A DNA stretch of 64,000 nt, taken from the NCBI RefSeq assembly GCF_000150275.1, contig NW_002060946.1, positions 3,243,454 to 3,307,453 of the forward strand, given 5' to 3'. Position numbers and translations under genes: made by a program. Origin of the DNA: Trichoplax adhaerens (lineage: Eukaryota; Animalia; Placozoa). Positions within the stretch are counted from its first letter, which is position 1. Every line of letters starts with the position of its first letter. Shown piece after piece: positions 53,951 to 64,000 of this stretch. The notes below the pieces were generated by a model. It ran no database searches. It was not told the origin of the DNA and was given only the letters and a program-made list of their open reading frames with translations.

Positions 53951-55564
53951 GACATTAACGTCATTTCCTTCTTACTAATTTACTAAGACGAGTAGACGAA
54001 TTTGAATCCATTATTCCACAGTCCAGATCTAATATTATAGTATGGAGTTAAATGGATGGTTGCAAATCACCTAACTTTCATCTTTAAAAATTGCTTGAAC
54101 TACGACTAGACAGTAAAATCGATTCATTTCATCATAGCCGAGTGAATGATATTGATAGAATTATCCCTTAACCTAGCCATTATGTGAGTTGAGCAACACT
54201 TTGTAGCAGTCAAATGAATGAAATTGACGACATCGCTCGAGCCACTTTTGGAGGATTGAGCAAAGCTTCAAAATAAACAAATGATGTGCTGGCATAAACG
54301 TAGGGCTAGACTAGACGTTCTAGTAAAGTTGTTGAGTGTTATCTTGAAGCAGTTACTTTAAGGTTAACACTTATGGACGTACATCATTCAATCTGCCTGC
54401 TTTCACGAACTGAAAGCATGAAACACAACTTGCAGTTGGGGGCAATAACACGCCATCATGACACACTGTGTTGTATTTGCAAGTGTAACGAGATCAAGAA
54501 TCTGAGGTTTTGAACTTTCCTTTAGTCTACTTTATTGGAAGCACATGCCAAGCGCGATATCATACACACGTTAACGAGACGCAAGAACTGCGACAATAAT
54601 CAGCTCTAGTACAAACATAACTTTAATACTGTTACCGTCCAAGTACGAAATCCAGTCAAATGCCTAGTCAGTTCGCGAAATGCCTAGTCAATTTGCGAAA
54701 TGCCCAAATATATTTCTTTGCTGATTATGCCAATTCGCTTGCGAATTTTGTGGCTATTGAAGAAATTTACGACATTCTAAGCGGTATCTAGCTCATAACA
54801 ATAGCATATAGCAACATAATAGTACAGTAGATAAGGTGTAGATAAGCCGTAAATATTATTGTACGATATCTAGGATTCCCCGCGTTCTATGGCGCGTACA
54901 CTACAAGGTAATAAGCAGTAGCTTTACAGGACAGGCGATGTTACGACAGCAAGTACTTACTAACCAGCTAGTGCAATATCTTCTGCCTTGATTAGCCCAG
55001 ACAGACATCAATAGAATACATTTTATTTTATCTTTCGCCCATTGTTACCTTATCTAACGTTTAAGTTGAAATATATACAGTAGACACCTGAACGTCTCAG
55101 AACATTGCTGTTTGCGATATTAAATTCTCCAGAACATGATCTTACTGCATACAAAATTTGGAAATAAAGTTTGGACGCATCTTTCATACAGAACTAAATA
55201 AGATGTGTCCAGACTTTCCGGACACCCTTACATTACAATCAGGGGCTACTAAGAGATAGCATCCATCTCTCCCTTTTCGTTAAAGTAGTTTCTGGTAATA
55301 TTTTACAACGATTATATATAGCTGGTTTAAGGGAGAAGAGCGTCATTATGCCAAGGATGTAATCGAAACCGGATAATTTACCGTATTCAATTAATTCATC
55401 TTATTTTATGCTGTATAGGATTGAACACTGCAAAATATTCAATCCACCCTCGTAATATCAAAATACTGTAGATATTTTACTGCATTAGATTAATTTTACG
55501 CTGTATAGGATTGAACACTGCAAAGTATTCCATTCACCCTATTACATTGCACAGCGGTAAATTG

Positions 55565-56800
55565 TCCGTGACCCTGATGTAATAGGCTCAGCATTAGGTT
55601 AACATATCCTCCCTCTTTTAATGAAGCCATTCCTAGTAATATTTCAGAACAATTATCATGATTAGAGGTTTCCTAGAGAAGAGTACAATGATAGGCGAGG
55701 GCTATGGTAGTGCATAATGGCACAGCAGTAAAATTGTTCTAGATCCTAATGTAATAGGCTCAGCATGACTTCTCTGCGATGCTATCGTGTGAAGGGCTGA
55801 ATAACTTCGAGCTTGATTAGCTGCAATAGACGTTATTAATAGAGTAAAACTAGAAACTACTAAAAGAAAATACATGCTTCCTTTCGCTAGGTAGTTAATA
55901 CTGTACATTCTCCCTCTTTTCATGAAGTCATCACTAGTAATATTTCAGAACGATTATCATGATTAGAGGTCCTAAAGAAGAGCGCAATGATGGGCGAGGG
56001 CTATAGCACAGCAGTAAATTGTTCTAGACCCTGATATAATAGGCCCAGCATGACTTCGCTGCGATGCTATCGTGTGAAGGGCTGAATAACTTCAAGCTTG
56101 ATTAGCTGCAATAGACATTCATAGAGTAAAACCAGAAACTACTAACAGAAAATACATGCTTCCTTTCATTAGGTAGTTAATACATTCTCCCTCTTTTAAT
56201 GAAATCATTCCTAGCAACATATAGACATTAATAGAATAAAGCTAGAAACTACTAAAAGAAAATACATGCTTCCTTTCATTAGGTAGTTAATACGTTCTCC
56301 CTCTTTTAATGAAATCATTCCTAGTAACATATAGACATTAATAGAATAAAACTAGAAACTACTAAAAGAAAATGCATGCTTCCTTTCATTAGGTAGTTAA
56401 TACATTCTCCCTCTTTTAATGAAATCATTCCTAGTAACATATCAGAACGATTATCATGATTAGAGGTCCTAGAGAAGAGTACAATGATGGGCGAGGGCTA
56501 TGGTAGTGCATAATGGCACAGCAGTATAATTGTTCTAGATCCTAATGTAATAGGCTCAGCATGACTTCTCTGCGATGCTATCGTGTGAAGGGCTGAATAA
56601 CTTCAAGCTTGATTAACTGCAATAGACGTTATTAATAGAGTAAAACTAGAAACCACTAAAAGAAAGTGCATGCTTCCTTTCGCTAGGTAGTTAATACTGT
56701 ACATTCTCCCTCTTTTCACGAAGTCATTCCTAGTAATATTTCAGAACGATTATCATGATTAGAGGTCCTAAAGAAGAGCGCAATGATGGGCCAGGGCTAA
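55565..56800. repeat. Compound tandem repeat (~300 bp units with ~110 bp sub-unit duplications) upstream of the glycosyltransferase
   Basis: Blocks such as 'ctccctcttttaatgaa..cattcctagtaa', 'gattatcatgattagaggt', 'gcgatgctatcgtgtgaagggctgaataacttc' and 'ctagaaactactaaaagaaaatacatgcttcctttc' each recur 3-7 times. Confidence 0.9.
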
Positions 56801-57305
56801 TTCTACTGTAGTAGCATTGCTAGCTTATAAAACCGGCCACCTTTACTAAATGGCCGGCAAGAACCGGTCGGCCACCTTCCAAAATTACCGCTATCTGTAT
56901 AGGAGTCGCTGATTCTACGCCAGTCTGTAGCCCTGTTGTGTATTCACATTTCATACAGTACTATATACAGTTACAGACAAGACAGCCAGAGGACGCATGG
57001 CGTACTGTCCTGGCAGTGCTCCCGACTAGCCAGTACTCGAATCCACTCTATAATAAGCGTTAAGCGCTGACACATAGCTCAGTACCTAGATAGGAAGTGA
57101 ACCTGTGCAATTGCAGAGCCTACCAGAGTCAATTCACTCTATCTCGAGCGGTCTCCATTAGCTACCTGGCAGAATGGCGTAAGCTATGTCAGTAATCGTT
57201 CTCTTCCAAGTATGAAAATCAATTGCTTATAACCTAAATTGGAATACCATCCATTATGCGTGATGCTATAGAAGCCTATTGAAAGTAGAATCTATACGAT
57301 CAAGA

Positions 57306-59198
57306 ATGTTGCGGTTCTTAATGTCTTATCGAAAGAATAAGATCAAAATCACTATTGGTATCGTTTTTACCTTGGTCATGATCATCAGTTCGTATATCAC
57401 CGTCGAGATGATGACGAATGAGCTAGCTGCACCGGAGGAAGAAAATTTAATGACCAATAACGCTCATTTTGTAACGATTCATCAATGGATTGAGCCTCCG
57501 ATATGTGGTGGTTTAAGTGATTATGTCAAAGGAAATGACAATTTTCCTCATAAGCCCACTTTGACAGCAAAATTGGATGCTTTGGAGGCAAGCATCACTA
57601 CGGAAGATAGCGGACAACGTATTTTCGGCTATATTGTCCCACCTTATACCGATTATTACACTTTTGCTATTTCATCATCAGGCAATTCAGAATTTTGGCT
57701 ATCGACTGATAGTAATGTCAATAATGTGAAATTATTGGCATGGATAGGACAAGGTGCACAATCATTAAAAGGCCAATGGAACGTATTCAACGATTATACC
57801 TCGCAGCAATCGCATCAAATTTATTTAACAGCCGGTAAGCTCTATTTTTTCGACTTTATCCACAATCATGGAGTTGGCACCCATGGATTTATGCAATGTA
57901 GTTGGAAATGTTCCAAATGGGCCTCCAAGTGGTTAATCATCTCCAAGAAACACTTACGACCTAAGTTTGAGGGGAATTATACCAATCTACTCAGTCATGC
58001 TGTTCGTTTTGAACCGAAAAATTTAGCTCTACCCCATAGAGATGCTTTTAGGGATAACTTTACACTCTATCCTCCTCTTGATTCTACAGTATTGCATAAC
58101 TTGTTCAAATCTTGTCCTTATCGTCCAAGTTATATCGGTAAAAAAATTAGGAAAATCTCATCTGGCTTACAATATGCTTACTATACGGCCGTCTATCCTG
58201 ACGACTCTACCACTTCTCATTCAATGGATGGTAGTCAATTAAAAGGCAACTTAGTTTTTCGACGCCAAGCTGCTACTAAAATACTTTCAATGTATATGCG
58301 AGGATTACAACGAAAATTCGGCTCAAGGTATCAGAAACATCGTTTAATCAACTTAGAAGAGAAATATGATAGTGTTAATGGCCATCGTTACTTGATCGAT
58401 TTACTTGTATTATCAACTAAAGATAGAAAAATATACAGAATTTCTCAATATTTATACTTGCCCAAAGGATCAAATACCTTATGCTTACCGGAGAAATTTA
58501 CTTGGAATGATCAAGTTGATGTACACTTTTTAATCACTGTTATGAATCAAGCCTACTGGACCCAATATTTTATCGATCGTATGAGTCAAATTTATCAGCA
58601 AACAAAAGATGAACATTTCTCATTGACTTTTGTCGATTTTCATAGTACTGATTTGGACATTGTTAACAGCTTAAAACGTAGCAAATTAAAGCGATTTAAC
58701 GTCATTAACATGAACGGCAATTTCTCAAAATCGTTAGGCATGCAAACTGCTGCTAATAGCATAACCGATCCTAATAGCATCATTGCACAACTTGATCTGC
58801 ATTTAGCTATACCAGATAATTTTGTGCAAAATATTCGTAAGCATACCATTCAAGGTAAGCTTGCCTACTTTCCCATGGTATTCCGACTATCATGTAACTT
58901 TAGGCCCCATAATCCTGTCGGATATTGGGAGCGGTATGGTTTCGGTATTAATGCATTTTACAAATCGGATTTCTATCGAATTGGTGGTATGAATACGAAG
59001 AAGTTTCGCTATTCTTGGGGTGGCGAAGACAACGATTTAGTCAATCGTGCCATAGCGAGTGAAATAGAAGTTGAACGATTATGTATACGAAATTTCTTCC
59101 ATTTCTATCATCGCCGTAACTCGGTTTGGAATCGAGGCGGTAAAGCCGATTTCCAAGACAAACCAGATAAAGTATTGCGCTTAGAAAAACTATGGTAG
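57306..59198 (+). CDS. Beta-1,4-N-acetylgalactosaminyltransferase 3/4-like (LacdiNAc synthase type; PA14 + GT7/CHGN-like catalytic domain), intronless
   Basis: Type II TM anchor (ITIGIVFTLVMIISSYITV); PA14-like GQRIFGYIVPP...YTFAISSSGNSEFWLSTD; catalytic region with DLHL, GYWERYGFG and WGGED motifs as in B4GALNT3/4. First ATG is at 57306 (the ORF track starts at an upstream TTG). Confidence 0.88.
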   Translation: MLRFLMSYRKNKIKITIGIVFTLVMIISSYITVEMMTNELAAPEEENLMTNNAHFVTIHQWIEPPICGGLSDYVKGNDNFPHKPTLTAKLDALEASITTEDSGQRIFGYIVPPYTDYYTFAISSSGNSEFWLSTDSNVNNVKLLAWIGQGAQSLKGQWNVFNDYTSQQSHQIYLTAGKLYFFDFIHNHGVGTHGFMQCSWKCSKWASKWLIISKKHLRPKFEGNYTNLLSHAVRFEPKNLALPHRDAFRDNFTLYPPLDSTVLHNLFKSCPYRPSYIGKKIRKISSGLQYAYYTAVYPDDSTTSHSMDGSQLKGNLVFRRQAATKILSMYMRGLQRKFGSRYQKHRLINLEEKYDSVNGHRYLIDLLVLSTKDRKIYRISQYLYLPKGSNTLCLPEKFTWNDQVDVHFLITVMNQAYWTQYFIDRMSQIYQQTKDEHFSLTFVDFHSTDLDIVNSLKRSKLKRFNVINMNGNFSKSLGMQTAANSITDPNSIIAQLDLHLAIPDNFVQNIRKHTIQGKLAYFPMVFRLSCNFRPHNPVGYWERYGFGINAFYKSDFYRIGGMNTKKFRYSWGGEDNDLVNRAIASEIEVERLCIRNFFHFYHRRNSVWNRGGKADFQDKPDKVLRLEKLW

Positions 59199-60991
59199 TC
59201 AATCTTATCATTTGTTGTAGTAAATCGTCAGTATTTACGGTAGATACTTCTAGACGAGCGAAAAGGTGATATTCATATTTTGGGATTATATACGTTATTG
59301 GCGTTATTCTACTGTATATTAATTTAATAGGCTATGGTACTAAATTACTTTTTCGACAAGTATAATTAATGCCCAGAGATAGCTCAGTATTTGATTGTTG
59401 CCTATTCCGAAATGACTTTACAAAGTCTTCTGTCCTATTAATAGACTGTATTGTGAACCAGGGATAGCATTATGCTTATGTATCTCTTGAGAACGTATAA
59501 AACGAATGTATATTATCACAATTGAAATAATGGTTATATATAGACAGTATTATGAATGACATACACTATTTAAGAATAGGTTATGGGGTAATGAATGCAA
59601 TAGCTATGAAATACATATTTTAGTAATTATGCTATTATAATTTATCTTTTACTTGGCAAGGTTAGCATAGTTAATCATGTTGCACTAGTTCGCGTTTAGT
59701 GATACAAGCATAAATTAGCATCATCACTGAGAATTGCAACAAATAACTTTACTCTCCGGATGTAGAACTTCTATCTAGCCGTATGACTGTACATAAACCA
59801 TCTAACTTTTTGTAATAACTTTTTCAAATGCTATCCGATTTATTGATTTAAGTAATTGGTTTTAAATCCATATATTTTTCTTCTCATGTCAGAGAGATAG
59901 CTACAATTTACGATGAAAATATGCTTTTTCTAGGTCACATTTATCCTCTCGTTATTAAAAATCCGACTATGACTTTTGTTTGCATTGGGTTTATATTTAA
60001 TGACAAAATCTGTTTGTCATCTATCGTAATAAAGAGTTCCTTCATCCTTTCTAATGATCTCGGTAGGAGCGTTAAAATTCATGAAGATACAGTATTTTAG
60101 TCAGTATAGTACACTGTATACGTGAGTGCAACCCTAAATTATTTATTTTCGATCAGATTTCACCCTATATGAATGTAGTAAACTTCTTTTAAAATTTAGG
60201 TAGGAATAATACGGTATAAAATTCGGTCAGTTATGGATTAGCGCACCACGAAATTACGAACATGAATATATCGTTATTTCATAGATTCAAGGCTTCTTTT
60301 CATAATTATTCTAAAGCTATGCAAATATAGGATTGTTCCTGTGAGTACAGCAGTTACAGACTAAATTTAGTGGACTACAGCAATTATCAAGACGAGGCAC
60401 ATTAAGCAGCTATCTACCAGAAGCTACTTTCGGACGATGATTTCCAAATTAAACCTCGGTATCGTTCAGTTAAAACGGAATTCGAATAATACAATGGTTG
60501 AGAACGCAGTAGTAGACTATTGAATTATTTATTTATTGTATGGTATATGTGCTCGTATTGTGTAGCACTATTGCTGTAACTAATATATTATTTAACATCC
60601 ATTCAGTTTTATTAATAGTAAACATTTCTCAAGCATAAAAATTCTCGCAAATCAGTGAGTGTTATCAATCAATGGTGTACTTTATTAAATTCACAGCAAA
60701 ATCATTCTTCTTAGTATAATTAAATAAACAATGTTAATAGCGGTAAGACTTTAAATTAGTAACCCTGAATATTACTAGTGTTGCATACATCCCAAACACT
60801 TCCTTTACACTCAAAATAGATTATTTTATATTCAAAATTATTCCAATTAGTCATATTAATTACTATAATCATGCACCGTAATAACCCAACCACGAAGCAT
60901 CCGCACACTATCAATCAAATTATCAAAGCAAACAGTAAAATGATATTTAAATTTCAACATCAGCAACACAATATCGATCCTTTGCTTAAAT

Positions 60992-63307
60992 TTAGGAAAA
61001 CTGATGATAGAGCTGGCGTAAGCTGTGCACAAGTGACTCTGTTTTCCCATGTACTAAATAAAAATATACAATCGTATCAAGGACAAGGACTAGTTCAAAT
61101 TTTTGTAAAGCTAACTTACTTACACTTAATAACTAAGCTGTAGAAATCTTCTTTAAAGTGATCAGGGTCAATGATATGAACCTAATGATAAAAATTTATT
61201 ATAAATGTTATAATGATGTTGACCCTATCGTTACAAGAAAAAATTCAAATAGATATATTGTAAATATCACTTTCAGCTGATTCATTCTATTATAATAAAT
61301 TATACCAGGTCCGATTTGTCCAATATTTTCATGAAGTAATCAATAATAATTGACTGTTGGCTAACACCAGTTAGCCAGGAACCTTGTTTTGTCAATACTG
61401 CTTCGACAAACTCCTTATCGAGGCTATAATAGAATATATGAAAATTTTTGTCTTGGTATACGTATATACGAAGCAAAGGATTGATATCTTACATATTGAT
61501 TCAATACTACCATAGCTTAATATACTACCAAATCAGATCAATCCTTCATAATCTAACCTGGAGGTTTAATCATTATGATCGAATTAAAGTTAAACATAGT
61601 TGATATAAAAAAATATAAGTTATCACCTTTGCAAATTCGAATTGCGCAACTTATTCAATGCCATACATAGCAACCCAGTAGCGCCACGACAATTTACTAA
61701 TGCTACGATTTGATGATTTTGTAGCAAAGCATTAACTTCCATAAGAGTTACTACATCACCACCAATTACTAAATGCAAACTTGGAACGGTCTTTAAACCA
61801 GTTCGTTCAGTCCAAAATTCTAAAATATAAGTGATATTTGACCAAATTAATCGAAAATTTTAACTTTCTAGAAGAAAATATAGTTTCGATATATCGGAGT
61901 GATTCCATAAATCCATCCCAAATAAAGCTATTACTAGAATAAATATTTTCTTACCAGGCACCCAAGTGTTTGCAATATTTTCCCTTAAAGCAGAAATTAT
62001 TCCAACTCTAGTTTCATAAGATTTTGAACAATTTTTAGCGTCTAGCATGACATAATATTCATGATTTTCCGCTAAAGGCATCTCATCCCCATCAGTGATT
62101 TCATTCTCACGTAATTTTGTATAAGTAGCTGGATACTTGCCTTCATTCTAATAGGGAAAGAAAACCATAATATATCAGAACTGGTGGGATTAAATACTGG
62201 TTCAAAATTATAGTAAATACCATGGCGCCCACTAACTGATCTTTGTTATATATCTGATGCCAAAATGGTATGCCCAATAAAGATGATTTACAGAGAGGCT
62301 GGTTCCATCTGAACTTCATAGCATTTCCAAGTGCTTTAGTTAGTTGATCTTGGATACCATTGGTAATGGCAACAGTGGTGTGAGCATCTTTAAAAAATGT
62401 TTCGTAAAACAGTTTTTCCCAATATTCGACTCTTTCTTTCTCAGTGCTACCAGTAATGCATACCAAGAGATCAGCTTGAAGGATTAACCAATGGTCAAGA
62501 AATAACTGTTTCAACTTTTCAATATTCACCGACGGGGTAACTTTTACGTACTATGAAAGCCATTAATATAATTATAATTATCGATAGGTAATAGCTAATA
62601 TCAAAAAATTCATCTTAACGGTTTGTATCATAATTCTAATTAAAATAGTACTTTGATAATATCATTCAATACTCGTACAAATAAATTACGACTTTGGCTA
62701 TCCTTTATATGATTCTACATTTGGCCTAAAGTTAAAATGTAAAGTATAGTCTTAATTGAGACTGTTAAATTGCTATAATCAAACAGACTATCCTAAGTGT
62801 TTTACAGTGCCGTGCTATGCTATTTCACTTAAGCGTTTATATCTCAAAAAGAGACCGAACGTAAGATAATTCACATCTCAAGCCCAATTATAATCTGATT
62901 AATCTTACCCGAGCAGATCGAGAATTATTATCCGTAGATAACTTCAATTCTCCAAAAGTATCAAGGCTTTATGAAAACGTTGAAAAAATGCATAAAATAT
63001 AGTAAAGCATTGCAAAATCGTGATATTAGTAACTGTTTCCTGATATTATGACTTTATAAGCAACGAAATGAAGTAAAATAGTGCAATTAAATAATTGATA
63101 AATTTAACTAGAGATTGGAATGATCTAAAGCCTAACCTTTGACTCAATTGATTGAGTATGAAATCTTTTTCTTTTTCTTCTTGTATCTATAAGAAAACAC
63201 ATATGCTGACATACACCAAGCCTTACAGAACGAAATCGCTTTCTGATGAACGGAAAATAATTTCCTATTAAAAAATTATGTGATCTATAAACTACCTGGA
63301 ACATCAT
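60992..63307 (-). CDS. TRPM-channel N-terminal (MHR1/2 SLOG + partial MHR3)-like protein with no visible channel domain
   Basis: In-phase exons: MMFQ|IQEEKEKDFILNQLSQS|LDTFGELKLSTDNNSRSAR|YVKVTPSVNIEKLKQLFLDHWLILQADLLVCITGS...LLGIPFW|...LAENHEYYVMLD|...VPSLHLVIGGD...VALVNCRGATGLL. These match TRPM N-terminal motifs (DAFG.I.F / Y.R.S / W....P.L.ISV.GG / L..NH.HF.L.D / VPVV.....GG). 3' end uncertain. Confidence 0.75.
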
Positions 63308-64000
63308 CTTGCCAATTAGATAATTTAAGAGATAAAGTCACAGTTGGCGTATCGTAAAATGTGCACAATGGTTTATAGGATTTCTTGTTCAATAACTCGT
63401 CAATCTTTGGTTATTTAGCTACAAAATCGTCAATTAATAATAACTTTACGAATAACATATACTAAGGAAAGCTTTTATCCTATTATGGTCGCGATATCAA
63501 CGCAATAGTAACCAATCAATATCCATTTATGGCAGATTAAAAATACTTTTACCGTCTTAGGTAAGTAAGATCTGATGCAATGCTAGTAGTTCGTTTCTGT
63601 GCAAATTTGTATTTTGTTCAACTATATAAAGATGCTACTGCAGCCAATTAGAGCATTATCCAAAAAAGCAATAAGAGTGTAGGAAACTAGTAGTATTAAT
63701 AGATTTTAATCATTATCTAAGAATGTAAATTGCAATTAAGAGCTAATTTGAAAGCTAAAAATTATAGAATTAACATAAAAATAGATATGCCATTTACAAA
63801 TTAAGTTACATGAAAGATCTGCTATGATAACAACTAGTAATATCTTGTAGTGAAGCCCCAAATAAGCTTAAGACTAAAATTATGGAATAATGCGAAAATT
63901 GATAAATTGTACGCTAGATTATAAGACTGTATAAGTTTCTAATTGTGGAAGATGTTTACGGAATGTGTTGTAGTAATCGTATTGAGATGCTTATATTAAG

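Noticed and set aside
51710-56800. CRISPR-like array
   Set aside because: Eukaryotic context, long degenerate units with no unique spacers, and no cas genes.
59371-59400. tRNA-like start (gcccagagatagctcagt); a similar A-box-like string lies at ~57074
   Set aside because: No T-arm (GTTCRA) and no cloverleaf follow.
61556-61626. Another CCAG|GTTAGA junction inside a TRPM-like intron
   Set aside because: The flanking exons join in frame without it and there is no repeat support. It may be chance, though a recursive site cannot be excluded.

Overview
AT-rich, intron-dense animal genomic DNA. Short GT-AG introns, metazoan gene content and TTAGGG repeats are most consistent with a placozoan such as Trichoplax; this is inference. 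The ORF track only catches exon fragments, so I reassembled the genes by hand from splice sites. In order: CARMIL/LRRC16 (+), LEPROT/Vps55 (-), a 7TM gustatory-receptor-like/7TMIC protein (+), COQ9 (-), neuroguidin (+), TK2/deoxynucleoside kinase (-), DHRS4 (+), TP53RK/Bud32 (-), HTATIP2-like (-), an intronless B4GALNT3/4-like glycosyltransferase (+), and a TRPM N-terminal (SLOG/MHR)-only gene (-). There are also several minisatellites and a foldback element. The most striking observation is in LEPROT. The conserved N-terminus MAGIK-A-LVA is restored with canonical splice sites by a single-nucleotide exon at position 20692. The intron before it is three exact 201-nt GT...AG units in tandem, joined by AG|GT zero-length junctions, which suggests recursive splicing.
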